From: Eledone cirrhosa
Taxonomy: Eukaryota
Length of the DNA: 64,000 bases
Direction: 5' to 3'
NCBI GenBank assembly: GCA_964016885.1
Contig: CAXHJY010001549.1
Location: 1-64,000, forward strand
The translations under genes were made by a program, and so were the position numbers. Of the stretch, positions 1 through 13,483 are shown one piece after another; the first letter of the stretch is position 1, and each line of letters begins with the position of its first letter. A model generated the notes under the pieces. It saw nothing but the letters and a program-made list of their open reading frames with translations. It was not told the origin of the DNA and searched no databases.

Positions 1-3000
1 AGTTTTGTAGAAGACTTTTCTGTATTAAATATTGGATATATACTTCTATTTCCATCGAATTAAAGAGATCTCTTCATTTAGAAGCCATTTCCTTATTAAA
101 CATGGCATATATACTATTACTAACCCTCACATTAATGAGTTTTAATCTTGTAGAAGCAATTTCTGTAGTAAATATTGCATATATACAACTATTGTATTCG
201 AATTAAAGAGTTCTAGTCCTTTAGAACCCATTTCTGTATTAAATATGGCATATAACCTACTAATAACCCTCATATTAATGAGTTTTAATCCTGTAAAAGT
301 CATTTCCGTATTAAATATTGGATATACACTATTTTATGCATCGAATTAATGCGTTCTTTGCATTTAGAAGCCATCTCCATATTAAGTATGGCATATATAC
401 TATTATATCCCTCATATTAATGAGTTTTAGTCTTGTTGAAGCTGTTTCTGTATTAACTATTGCATATATGCTACTATTTGAGTCAAATTCAAGAGTTCTA
501 GTCCTTTAGAACCCACTTGTGTATTAAATATGGCATATATTTACTAATAACCCTCACATTAATGAGTTTTAATCCTGTAGAAGTCATTCCTGTATTAAAT
601 ATCGCATATAATGTAATAATATACGTTATGGTGATGAATTTTATTCCTGTAGAAGCCATTTCTGTATTAAATATTGCATATATACTACTATTTCCATCGA
701 ATTAAAGAGATCTCTTAATTTAGAAGCTATTTCCTTATTAAACATGGCATATATACTACTATTACCCCTCATATTAATGACTTTTAATCTTGTAGAAGCA
801 ATTTCTGTAGTAAATGTTGCATATATACTACTATTTGATTCAAATTCAAGAGTTCTAGTCCTTTAGAACCCATTTCTGTATTAAATATGTCATATATACT
901 AATGATACCCCTTATATTAATGAATTTAGACATGTTGAAGCCGTTTCTGTATTAACTATTGCATATATGCTACTATTTGAGTCACATTCAAGAGTTCTAG
1001 TCTTTAGAAACCATTTGTGTATTAAATATGGCCTATAGTTTACTAATAACCCTCATATTAATGAGTTTTAATCCTGTAGAAGCCATTTCTGTATTAAATA
1101 TCGCATATAATGTAATAATATACGTTATATTGATGAGTTTTATTCCTGTAGAAGCCATTTCTGTATTAAATATTTGATATATACTACTATTTCCATCGAA
1201 TTAAAGAGATCTCTTCATTTAGAAGCCATTTCCGTATTAAATATGGCATATATACTACTATTACCCCTCATATTAATGAGTTTTAGTCCTGTAGAAGACT
1301 TTTCTGTATTAAATATTGGATATATACTACTATTTCCATCGAATTAAAGAGATCTCTTCATTTAGAAGCCATTTCCTTATTAAACATTTCATATATACTT
1401 CTAATACCCCTCACATTAATGAGTTTTAATCTTGTAGAAGCAATTTCTGTAGTAAATATTGCATATATACTACTATTGTATTCAAATTAAAGAGTTCTAG
1501 TCCTTTAGAACCCATTTCTGTATTAAATATGGCATATAACCTACTAATAACCCTCATATTAATGAGATTTATTCCTGTAAAAGCCATTTCCGTATTAAAT
1601 ATCGCATATAATGTAATAATATACGTTATATTGATGAGTTTTATTCCTGTAGAAGCCATTTCTGTATTAAATATTGGATATATACTATTATTTCCATCGA
1701 ATTAAAGAGATCTCTTCATTTCGAAGCCATTTCCGTATTAAACATGGTATATATACTACTATTACCCCTCATATTAATGAGTTTTAGTTTTGTAGAAGAC
1801 TTTTCTGTATTAAATATTGGATATATACTTCTATTTCCATCGAATTAAAGAGATCTCTTCATTTAGAAGCCATTTCCTTATTAAACATGGCATATATACT
1901 ATTACTAACCCTCACATTAATGAGTTTTAATCTTGTAGAAGCAATTTCTGTAGTAAATATTGCATATATACAACTATTGTATTCGAATTAAAGAGTTCTA
2001 GTCCTTTAGAACCCATTTCTGTATTAAATATGGCATATAACCTACTAATAACCCTCATATTAATGAGATTTATTCCTGTAAAAGCCATTTCCGTATTAAA
2101 TATCGCATATAATGTAATAATATACGTTATATTGATGAGTTTTATTCCTGTAGAAGCCATTTCTGTATTAAATATTGGATATATACTATTATTTCCATCG
2201 AATTAAAGAGATCTCTTCATTTCGAAGCCATTTCCGTATTAAACATGGTATATATACTACTATTACCCCTCATATTAATGAGTTTTAGTTTTGTAGAAGA
2301 CTTTTCTGTATTAAATATTGGATATATACTTCTATTTCCATCGAATTAAAGAGATCTCTTCATTTAGAAGCCATTTCCTTATTAAACATGGCATATATAC
2401 TATTACTAACCCTCACATTAATGAGTTTTAATCTTGTAGAAGCAATTTCTCTAGTAAATATTGCATATATACAACTATTGTATTCGAATTAAAGAGTTCT
2501 AGTCCTTTAGAACCCATTTCTGTATTAAATATGGCATATAACCTACTAATAACCCTCATATTAATGAGTTTTAATCCTGTAAAAGTCATTTCCGTATTAA
2601 ATATTGGATATACACTATTTTATGCATCGAATTAATGCGTTCTTTGCATTTAGAAGCCATCTCCATATTAAGTATGGCATATATACTATTATATCCCTCA
2701 TATTAATGAGTTTTAGTCTTGTTGAAGCTGTTTCTGTATTAACTATTGCATATATGCTACTATTTGAGTCAAATTCAAGAGTTCTAGTCCTTTAGAACCC
2801 ACTTGTGTATTAAATATGGCATATATTTACTAATAACCCTCACATTAATGAGTTTTAATCCTGTAGAAGTCATTCCTGTATTAAATATCGCATATAATGT
2901 AATAATATACGTTATGGTGATGAATTTTATTCCTGTAGAAGCCATTTCTGTATTAAATATTGCATATATACTACTATTTCCATCGAATTAAAGAGATCTC

Positions 3001-5680
3001 TTAATTTAGAAGCTATTTCCTTATTAAACATGGCATATATACTACTATTACCCCTCATATTAATGACTTTTAATCTTGTAGAAGCAATTTCTGTAGTAAA
3101 TGTTGCATATATACTACTATTTGATTCAAATTCAAGAGTTCTAGTCCTTTAGAACCCATTTCTGTATTAAATATGTCATATATACTAATGATACCCCTTA
3201 TATTAATGAATTTAGACATGTTGAAGCCATTTCTGTATTAACTATTGCATATATGCTACTATTTGAGTCACATTCAAGAGTTCTAGTCTTTAGAAACCAT
3301 TTGTGTATTAAATATGGCCTATAGTTTACTAATAACCCTCATATTAATGAGTTTTAATCCTGTAGAAGCCATTTCTGTATTAAATATCGCATATAATGTA
3401 ATAATATACGTTATATTGATGAGTTTTATTCCTGTAGAAGCCATTTCTGTATTAAATATTTGATATATACTACTATTTCCATCGAATTAAAGAGATCTCT
3501 TCATTTAGAAGCCATTTCCGTATTAAATATGGCATATATACTACTATTACCCCTCATATTAATGAGTTTTAGTCCTGTAGAAGACTTTTCTGTATTAAAT
3601 ATTGGATATATACTACTATTTCCATCGAATTAAAGAGATCTCTTCATTTAGAAGCCATTTCCTTATTAAACATTTCATATATACTTCTAATACCCCTCAC
3701 ATTAATGAGTTTTAATCTTGTAGAAGCAATTTCTGTAGTAAATATTGCATATATACTACTATTGTATTCAAATTAAAGAGTTCTAGTCCTTTAGAACCCA
3801 TTTCTGTATTAAATATGGCATATAACCTACTAATAACCCTCATATTAATGAGATTTATTCCTGTAAAAGCCATTTCCGTATTAAATATCGCATATAATGT
3901 AATAATATACGTTATATTGATGAGTTTTATTCCTGTAGAAGCCATTTCTGTATTAAATATTGGATATATACTATTATTTCCATCGAATTAAAGAGATCTC
4001 TTCATTTCGAAGCCATTTCCGTATTAAACATGGTATATATACTACTATTACCCCTCATATTAATGAGTTTTAGTTTTGTAGAAGACTTTTCTGTATTAAA
4101 TATTGGATATATACTTCTATTTCCATCGAATTAAAGAGATCTCTTCATTTAGAAGCCATTTCCTTATTAAACATGGCATATATACTATTACTAACCCTCA
4201 CATTAATGAGTTTTAATCTTGTAGAAGCAATTTCTGTAGTAAATATTGCATATATACAACTATTGTATTCGAATTAAAGAGTTCTAGTCCTTTAGAACCC
4301 ATTTCTGTATTAAATATGGCATATAACCTACTAATAACCCTCATATTAATGAGTTTTAATCCTGTAAAAGTCATTTCCGTATTAAATATTGGATATACAC
4401 TATTTTATGCATCGAATTAATGCGTTCTTTGCATTTAGAAGCCATCTCCATATTAAGTATGGCATATATACTATTATATCCCTCATATTAATGAGTTTTA
4501 GTCTTGTTGAAGCTGTTTCTGTATTAACTATTGCATATATGCTACTATTTGAGTCAAATTCAAGAGTTCTAGTCCTTTAGAACCCACTTGTGTATTAAAT
4601 ATGGCATATATTTACTAATAACCCTCACATTAATGAGTTTTAATCCTGTAGAAGTCATTCCTGTATTAAATATCGCATATAATGTAATAATATACGTTAT
4701 GGTGATGAATTTTATTCCTGTAGAAGCCATTTCTGTATTAAATATTGCATATATACTACTATTTCCATCGAATTAAAGAGATCTCTTAATTTAGAAGCTA
4801 TTTCCTTATTAAACATGGCATATATACTACTATTACCCCTCATATTAATGACTTTTAATCTTGTAGAAGCAATTTCTGTAGTAAATGTTGCATATATACT
4901 ACTATTTGATTCAAATTCAAGAGTTCTAGTCCTTTAGAACCCATTTCTGTATTAAATATGTCATATATACTAATGATACCCCTTATATTAATGAATTTAG
5001 ACATGTTGAAGCCGTTTCTGTATTAACTATTGCATATATGCTACTATTTGAGTCACATTCAAGAGTTCTAGTCTTTAGAAACCATTTGTGTATTAAATAT
5101 GGCCTATAGTTTACTAATAACCCTCATATTAATGAGTTTTAATCCTGTAGAAGCCATTTCTGTATTAAATATCGCATATAATGTAATAATATACGTTATA
5201 TTGATGAGTTTTATTCCTGTAGAAGCCATTTCTGTATTAAATATTTGATATATACTACTATTTCCATCGAATTAAAGAGATCTCTTCATTTAGAAGCCAT
5301 TTCCGTATTAAATATGGCATATATACTACTATTACCCCTCATATTAATGAGTTTTAGTCCTGTAGAAGACTTTTCTGTATTAAATATTGGATATATACTA
5401 CTATTTCCATCGAATTAAAGAGATCTCTTCATTTAGAAGCCATTTCCTTATTAAACATTTCATATATACTTCTAATACCCCTCACATTAATGAGTTTTAA
5501 TCTTGTAGAAGCAATTTCTGTAGTAAATATTGCATATATACTACTATTGTATTCAAATTAAAGAGTTCTAGTCCTTTAGAACCCATTTCTGTATTAAATA
5601 TGGCATATAACCTACTAATAACCCTCATATTAATAAGTTTTAATCCTGTAAAAGCCATTTCCGTATTAAATATTGGATAT
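1..5680. repeat. AT-rich satellite, ~71-72-bp monomer, with 1785-bp higher-order repeat (~25 monomers)
   Basis: Recurrent monomer such as TAGAAGCCATTTCTGTATTAAATATGGCATATATACTACTATTACCCCTCATATTAATGAGTTTT. Identical spurious ORFs recur at 318/2604/4389 and near-identical ones at 1426/1927/3712, giving periods of 1785 and 2286 (=1785+501). The array runs off the left edge of the window. Confidence 0.97.
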
Positions 5681-6528
5681 ACAGAGAGAGGAGGGGAGAG
5701 AGAGGAGAGAGCGGAAAGAGCGAGAGGAGAGAGCGGAGAAAGAGAGGAGAGAGAGGAGAGAGCGGAGAGAGAGAGAGGAGAGAGCGGAGAAAGAGAGGAG
5801 AGAGCGGAGAAAGAGGCGAGAGAGCGGGGAAAGAGGAGAGAGAGCGGAGAAAGAGGGGAGAGAGAGGAGAGAGAGCGGAGAAAGAGGGGAGAGAGAGGAG
5901 AGAGAGCGGAGAAAGAGGGGAGAGAGAGGAGAGAGAGCGGAGAAAGAGGAGAGAGAGCGGAGAAAGAGGGGAGAGAGCGGAGAAAGAGGGGAGAGAGCGG
6001 AGAAAGAGAGGAGAGAGCGTAGAAATGGATGAGAGAGGAGAGAGTGGAGAAATGGATGAGAGAGGAGAGAGCGGGGAAAGAGATGAGAGAGGAGAGAGTG
6101 GAGAAATGGATGAGAGAGGAGAGAGCGGAGAAAGAGATGAGAGAGGAGAGGGAGAGAGAGAGGAGAGGGAGAGAGAGAGGAGAGGGAGAGAGAGAGGAGA
6201 TGGGAGAGGGGAGAGAGGGAGAGAGAGAGGAGATGGGAGAGAGGAGAGATGGGGAAGAGAGGAGAGTTGAGAGAAACGAGAGAGGGACAAGAGAGAGAGG
6301 GGGACAAGAGAGAGGAGGAAGAGCCGAGAGAGGAACAAGAGATGAGAGAGGAGGAGAGAGAGAGAGGAGGTGCGAGGAGAGAGTGAGATGAGAGAAACAA
6401 GAGAGAGAGAGAGGATATGAGAAAAACGAGAGAGAGATGAGAGAAACGAGAGAGAGAGAGAGATGAGAGAAACGAGAGAGAGAGAGAGATGAGAGAAACG
6501 AGAGAGAGAGAGAGAGCGAGAGAGAAAC

Positions 6529-6560
<32 letters not shown>

Positions 6561-6699
6561 ATGAAACAAGAGAGTGAGATGAGAGAAACGAAAGAGGGAA
6601 GAGAGATGGGAGAAACGAAAGAGGGAAGAGAGATGGGAAAGAGGGAAGAGAGATGGGAGAAACGAAAGAGAGAGAGAGAAACGAGGAGATGGGAGAAAC

Positions 6700-6730
<31 letters not shown>

Positions 6731-9687
6731 AAGAGAGATGAGAGAAACGAGAGAGATATGAGAGAAACGAGAGAGATATGAGAGAAACTAGAGAGAGGGG
6801 GGCGAGGGAGATGAGAGAAACAAGAGAGAGAGATGAGAGAGAGGGGAGAGAGATGAGAGAGAGAGGGGGAGAGAGAAACAAGAGAGCGAAAGAGATGAGA
6901 GAAACGAGAGGTGAGAGAAAGAAGAGAGAGAGATGAGAGAAACGAGAGGTGAGAGAAAGAAGAGAGAAACAAGAGAGAGAGATGAGAGAAACAAGAGAGA
7001 AACAAGAGAGAGAGATGAGAGAAAGAAGAGAGAAACAAGAGAGAGAGATGAGAGAAACAAGAGAGAGAGATGAGAGAAAGGAGAGAGAGATGAGAGAAAG
7101 GAGAGAGAGATGAGAGAAAGGAGAGAGAGATGAGAGGGGGAGAGAGATGAGAGGGGGAGAGAGGTGAGAGGGGGAGAGATGAGGGAGAGAGAGAGGGAGA
7201 TGAGAGGGACAAGAGAGAGAGATGAGAAAAACCAGAGAGAGAGAGATGAGAAAAACCAGAGAGAGAGAGAGAGGGCGAGATGAGAGAAACCAGAGAGAGG
7301 AATGAGAGAAACGAGAGAGATGAGAGAGAGGGGGAGAGATGGAGATGAGAGAGAGGGGGGAGATGAGAGAGGGGGGAGAGATGAGAGAAGGGGGGGGGTG
7401 AGAGAAACAAGAGAGGGGGGTGAGAGAAACAAGAGAGGGGGGTGAGAGAAACAAGAGAGAGAGATGAGAGAAACAAGAGAGAGAGAGGAGAGAAACAAGA
7501 GAGGGAGAGGAGAGAAACAAGAGAGGGAGATGAGAGAAACAAGAGAGGGGGAGAGAGATGAGGGAGAGAGAAAGATTAGAGGGACAAGAGAGAGAGATGA
7601 GAGGGACAAGAGAGAGAGAGAAACGAGAGAGAGAGAGAAACAAGAGAGAGAGAGAAACAAGAGAGAAAGAGAGAAACAAGAGAGAGAGAGAAACAAGAGA
7701 GATAGAGAAACAAGTGACAGAAACGAGAGAGAGAGATGAGAGAGAGAAAGAGAAAGGAATGAGAGAAATAAGAGAGAAACAAGAGAGAGAGAGTTGGGAG
7801 AAACAAGAGAGGGAGAGAGGAGAGAGATGAGAGAAAGGGGAGAGAGAGAGAGGAGAGATGAGAGAGAGAGAGGAGAGATGAGAGAGAGAGAGGAGAGATG
7901 AGAGAGATGAGAGATAGAGAGAGATGAGAGAGAGGAGGAGAGATGAGAGAGAGGGGGAGAGATGAGAGAGAGAGGGGGCAGAGAGAAACAAGAGAGAGAG
8001 ATGAGAGAGGGAGAGGAGAGAAACAAGAGAGAGAGATGAGAGAAAGAAGAGAGAGAGATGACAGAAAGGAGAGAGAAGAGAGAAAGAAGAGAGAGAGATG
8101 AGAGAAAGAAGAGAGAAAGAAGCGAGGGAGATGGAGAGAGATGAGGGAGAGAGGGAGGAGAGAGGGGGAGAGAGGGAGATGAGAGGGACAAGAGAGAGAG
8201 AGGGGGAGATGAGAGAAACCAGAGAGAGAAGTGAGAGAAAGAAGAGAGAGGGATGAGAGAGGATGAAAGAAACTATAGAGATATGAGAGAAACGAGAGAG
8301 AGGGGGAGAGAGGGAGATGAGAGAGGGGGAGAGATGAGAGAGGGGGAGAGATGAGAGAGAGGGGGAGAGTTGAGAGAGAGAGGGGAGAGAGATGAGTGAG
8401 AGAGATGGGGGAGAGAGATGAGTGAGAGAGAGGGGGAGAGTTGAGAGAGAGAGAGGGGAGAGAGATGAGTGAGAGAGATGGGGGAGAGAGATGAGTGAGA
8501 GAGAGGGGGAGAGGTGGAGAGAGAAGAGGGAGAGAGAGAGATGAGAGAAACAATAGGGAGAGAGAGAGATGAGAGAAACAATAGACAGAGGGAGATGAGA
8601 GAAACAATAGAGAGAGGGAGATGAGAGAGAGATGAGAGAAACTAGAGAGAAATAAGAGAGAGATGAGAGAAACAAGAGAGGTGAGAGAGAGAGTGATGGG
8701 AGAAACGAGAGATGAGAGAGATGATTGAGAGAGAGGGGAGAGAGATGATTGAGAGAGAGGGGGAGAGAGAAACAAGAGAGGGAGATGAGAGAAACAAGAG
8801 AGGGAGATGAGAGAAACAAGAGAGGGAGATGAGAGAAACAAGAGAGAGAGATGAGAGAAACGAGAGAGCGAAAGAGATGAGAGAGATGAGAGAGGTGAGA
8901 GGTGAGAGAAACAAGAGAGAGAGGTGAGAGGTGAGAGAAACAAGAGAGAGAGGTGAGAGGTGAGAGAAACAAGAGAGAGAGATGAGAGAGGTGAGAGAAA
9001 CAAGAGAGAGAGATGAGAGAAACAAGAGAGAAACAAGAGAGGGAGAGGAGAGAGATGAGGGAGAGAGATGAGGAAAAGAGGGAGAGGAGAGAGATGAGGG
9101 AGAGTTGAGAGAAAGGAGAGAAACAAGAGAGAGAGGAGAGAAACAAGAGAGAGAGGAGAGAAACAAGAGAGAGAGGAGAGAAACAAGAGAGAGATGAGAG
9201 AAACAAGAGAGAGAAAGAGAGATGAGAGTGGTGATGTGGGAGAAATAAGAGAAACAAGAGAGGGAGAGGAGAGAGATGAGGGAGAGAGAGAGATGAGAGA
9301 AACAAGAGAGAGATGGGAGAAACGAGAGAGAAAGAGAAGAGAGAAACGAGAGAAAGAGAACAGAGAAAGAGTTGAGAGAAAGGAGAGAAACGAGAGAGGA
9401 GAGAAACAAGAGAGAGATGAGAGAAACAAGAGAGAGGAGAGAAACAAGAGAGAGGAGAGAAACAAGAGAGAGAAAGAGAGAGGAGAGAAACAAGAGAGAG
9501 AAAGAGAGATGAGAGAGAGAAAGATGTGGTGAGGGGGAGAGAGATGAGAGAAAGAGATGAGAGAAACGAGAGAGAGAAAGAGAGATGAGAGAAACGAGAG
9601 AGAAAGAGAGAGAGGGGGAGAGGGGGAGAGGGGGGGAGAGGGGGGAGAAGAGGGAGAGAGAGATGAGAGAAACAATAGAGAGAGGGA

Positions 9688-9741
<54 letters not shown>

Positions 9742-10545
9742 GAGATGAGAGAAACAAGAGAGAGGTGAGAGAGAGTGATGGGAGAAACGAGAGATGAGGG
9801 AGAAACAAGAGATGAGAGAGAAACCAGAGATGAGAGAGAAACCAGAGATGAGAGAGCGAGAGATGGTGTGGGAGAAACAAGAGAGAGAGGTGAGAGAAAT
9901 AAGAGAGAGAGAGATGAGAGAAACAAGAGAGAGGGAGAAACAAGAGAGAGAGAGGAGAGAAACAAGAGAGAGAGAGGAGAGAAACAAGAGAGAGAGGAGA
10001 GAAACAAGAGAGAGAGGAGAGAAACAAGAGAGAGAGATGAGAGAAACAAGAGAGAGAGATGAGAGAAACAAGAGAGATGAGAGAAACAAGAGAGAAATGA
10101 GAGAAACAAGAGAGAGAGATGAGAGAAACAAGAGAGAGAGATGAGAGAAACAAGAGAGAGAGATGAGAGAAACAAGAGAGATGAGAGAAACAAGAGAGAA
10201 ATGAGAGAAACAAGAGAGAGAGATGAGAGAAACAAGAGAGAGAGAAACGAGAGAGATGAGAGAAACAAGAGAGATGAGAGAAACAAGAGAGAGAGAGGTG
10301 AGAGAAACGAGAGAGAGAGAGATGAGAGAAACAAGAGAGAGGGAGAAACAAGAGAGAGGGAGAAACGAGAGAGAGATGAGAGAAACAAGAGAGAAAGATG
10401 AGAGAAAAACGAGAGTGATGAGAGAAACAAGAGAGAGAGAGAGAGAAACGAGAGATGAGAGATGAGAGAAACGAGAGATGAGAGAAACAAGAGGGAGTCG
10501 AGAAACGAGAGAGAGAGAGGAGAGATGGGTGAGATGAGAGCAACA
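5681..10545. repeat. GA-rich low-complexity/degenerate microsatellite tract
   Basis: Almost purely purine + strand built from (GA)n with recurring GAGAAACAAGAG and GAGATGAG motifs. All long ORFs here are S/L- or E/R-rich artefacts. Confidence 0.95.
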
Positions 10546-12825
10546 AGAGAAAGAAAGTGCAAGAGAAAGAAAGTGCTAGAGAAAGAAAGTGCTAGAAAAA
10601 GAAAGTGCTAGAGAAAGGAAGTGCAAGAGAAAGAAAGTGCAAGAGAAAGAAAGTGCTAGAGAAAGAAAGTGCTAGAGAAAGAAAGTGCTAGAGAAAGAAA
10701 GTGCTAGAGAAAGAAAGTGCTAGAGAAAGAAAGTGCTAGAGAAAGAAAGTGCTAGAGAAAGAAAGTGCTAGAGAAAGAAAGTGCTAGAGAAAGAAAGTGC
10801 AAGAGAAAGAAAGTGCAAGAGAAAGGAAGTGCAAGAGAAAGGAAGTGCAAGAGAAAGAAAGTGCAAGAGAAAGAAAGTGCAAGAGAAAGAAAGTGCAAGA
10901 GAAAGAAAGTGCTAGAGAAAGAAAGTGCTAGAGAAAGAAAGTGCAAGAGAAAGAAAGTGCAAGAGAAAGAAAGTGCTAGAGAAAGAAAGTGCTAGAGAAA
11001 GAAAGTGCTAGAGAAAGAAAGTGCTAGAGAAAGAAAGTGCTAGAGAAAGAAAGTGCTAGAGAAAGAAAGTGCTAGAGAAAGAAAGTGCTAGAGAAAGAAA
11101 GTGCAAGAGAAAGAAAGTGCAAGAGAAAGAAAGTGCAAGAGAAAGGAAGTGCAAGAGAAAGAAAGTGCAAGAGAAAGAAAGTGCTAGAGAAAGAAAGTGC
11201 AAGAGAAAGAAAGTGCAAGAGAAAGAAAGTGCTAGAGAAAGAAAGTGCTAGAGAAAGAAAGTGCAAGAGAAAGAAAGTGCTAGAGAAAGAAAGTGCTAGA
11301 GAAAGAAAGTGCTAGAGAAAGAAAGTGCTAGAGAAAGAAAGTGCTAGAGAAAGAAAGTGCAAGAGAAAGAAAGTGCTAGAGAAAGAAAGTGCTAGAGAAA
11401 GAAAGTGCTAGAGAAAGAAAGTGCAAGAGAAAGAAAGTGCAAGAGAAAGAAAGTGCAAGAGAAAGAAAGTGCTAGAGAAAGAAAGTGCTAGAGAAAGAAA
11501 GTGCAAGAGAAAGAAAGTGCTAGAGAAAGAAAGTGCTAGAGAAAGAAAGTGCTAGAGAAAGAAAGTGCTAGAGAAAGAAAGTGCAAGAGAAAGAAAGTGC
11601 AAGAGAAAGAAAGTGCAAGAGAAAGAAAGTGCTAGAGAAAGAAAGTGCTAGAGAAAGAAAGTGCAAGAGAAAGAAAGTGCAAGAGAAAGAAAGTGCTAGA
11701 GAAAGAAAGTGCTAGAGAAAGAAAGTGCTAGAGAAAGAAAGTGCTAGAGAAAGAAAGTGCTAGAGAAAGAAAGTGCTAGAGAAAGAAAGTGCTAGAGAAA
11801 GAAAGTGCTAGAGAAAGAAAGTGCAAGAGAAAGAAAGTGCAAGAGAAAGAAAGTGCAAGAGAAAGGAAGTGCAAGAGAAAGAAAGTGCAAGAGAAAGAAA
11901 GTGCTAGAGAAAGAAAGTGCAAGAGAAAGAAAGTGCAAGAGAAAGAAAGTGCTAGAGAAAGAAAGTGCTAGAGAAAGAAAGTGCAAGAGAAAGAAAGTGC
12001 TAGAGAAAGAAAGTGCTAGAGAAAGAAAGTGCTAGAGAAAGAAAGTGCTAGAGAAAGAAAGTGCTAGAGAAAGAAAGTGCAAGAGAAAGAAAGTGCTAGA
12101 GAAAGAAAGTGCTAGAGAAAGAAAGTGCTAGAGAAAGAAAGTGCAAGAGAAAGAAAGTGCAAGAGAAAGAAAGTGCTAGAGAAAGAAAGTGCTAGAGAAA
12201 GAAAGTGCTAGAGAAAGAAAGTGCAAGAGAAAGAAAGTGCAAGAGAAAGAAAGTGCAAGAGAAAGAAAGTGCAAGAGAAAGGAAGTGCAAGAGAAAGAAA
12301 GTGCAAGAGAAAGAAAGTGCTAGAGAAAGAAAGTGCTAGAGAAAGAAAGTGCTAGAGAAAGAAAGTGCAAGAGAAAGAAAGTGCAAGAGAAAGAAAGTGC
12401 AAGAGAAAGAAAGTGCTAGAGAAAGAAAGTGCAAGAGAAAGAAAGTGCAAGAGAAAGAAAGTGCAAGAGAAAGAAAGTGCAAGAGAAAGAAAGTGCTAGA
12501 GAAAGAAAGTGCAAGAGAAAGAAAGTGCAAGAGAAAGAAAGTGCAAGAGAAAGAAAGTGCAAGAGAAAGAAAGTGCTAGAGAAAGAAAGTGCAAGAGAAA
12601 GAAAGTGCAAGAGAAAGAAAGTGCAAGAGAAAGGAAGTGCAAGAGAAAGAAAGTGCAAGAGAAAGAAAGTGCTAGAGAAAGAAAGTGCAAGAGAAAGAAA
12701 GTGCAAGAGAAAGAAAGTGCAAGAGAAAGAAAGTGCAAGAGAAAGAAAGTGCTAGAGAAAGAAAGTGCAAGAGAAAGAAAGTGCAAGAGAAAGAAAGTGC
12801 AAGAGAAAGAAAGTGCAAGAGAAAG
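10546..12825. repeat. 16-bp minisatellite AGAGAAAGAAAGTGC[A/T], ~140 copies
   Basis: Perfect 16-bp periodicity. The only variants are A/T at one position and a rare GAAAGG. Confidence 0.98.
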
Positions 12826-12964
12826 AAGAAGAGAGATGAAAAATAGAAAAACATGTAAGACTTACCCATTTGTGATGTCAAATAAAGTTTGACAGTACTC
12901 TTAGATTTTACAATTATAGGAATGGCTCGACATGATAACTACACAAGATAGAAAATATACAGAA

Positions 12965-13130
12965 ACTAATATAATTGTTTCTACTTTTGGCACAAGTCCA
13001 GCAATAACTCAGTGTATTACTGGTACTTTATTTTATCGACCCCGTAAGGATGAAAAACAGTTAACCTTGGCGGGATTTGAACTCAGAATGGAAAGGGGCG
13101 TAATTCTATACGTCAAATCATGGCGTCCGA
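12965..13130 (-). mobile_element. tRNA-derived SINE (family A; central TTTCATCCTTACGGGGTCGATAAAATAAAGTACCAG domain)
   Basis: Minus strand shows B-box GAGTTCAAATCC followed by the same domain as the copies at 18392 and 22220. Confidence 0.8.
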
Positions 13131-13400
13131 CGGTGTTGTGTGGTGTATAGTGTGGTGATGTGTGTGGTGTGTAGTGTGGTGTGGTGTGTAGTGTGGGGTG
13201 GTGTGTAGTGTGCTGTGGTGTGTAGTGTGCTGTGGTGTAGTGTGTAGAAGGTAATGTGTGGTGTGTAGAGTATAATGTGTGGTGAGTGATGTGTATGGCG
13301 TGGTGTGTGCACATGGTGTGTGAGTACATGTGTGGAGTATGAGGTGTGTAGTAAGGGTGTGGTGTAATTGTGTCTGTGTGTATGTGTGAGTGTGTGAGTG
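13130..13400. repeat. GT-rich degenerate microsatellite
   Basis: (GT/GTG/GTA)n low-complexity run. Confidence 0.85.
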
Positions 13401-13483
13401 TTTAATGTGCTGTCTTAATGAGTGGACTGGAGTAAAAAGGAGTCACACAATCTTTAAAAGATCCTAAATTAACTTGCCCTAAT

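Noticed and set aside
318-4776. Repeated hydrophobic 62-77-aa ORFs
   Set aside because: Chance ORFs in satellite HOR copies, with no coding signals.
1-5680. Active hammerhead ribozymes within the satellite itself
   Set aside because: Monomers lack CTGANGA and have TAAAG/TAATG in place of GAAAC, so only homology is claimed.
5497-10562. Very long ORFs (681, 851, 1640 aa) on the minus strand
   Set aside because: They are translations of (CT)n low-complexity DNA, open in several frames because stop codons are compositionally absent.
10752-12892. KESARERKCKRKK repeat ORFs
   Set aside because: Artefact of the 16-bp minisatellite.
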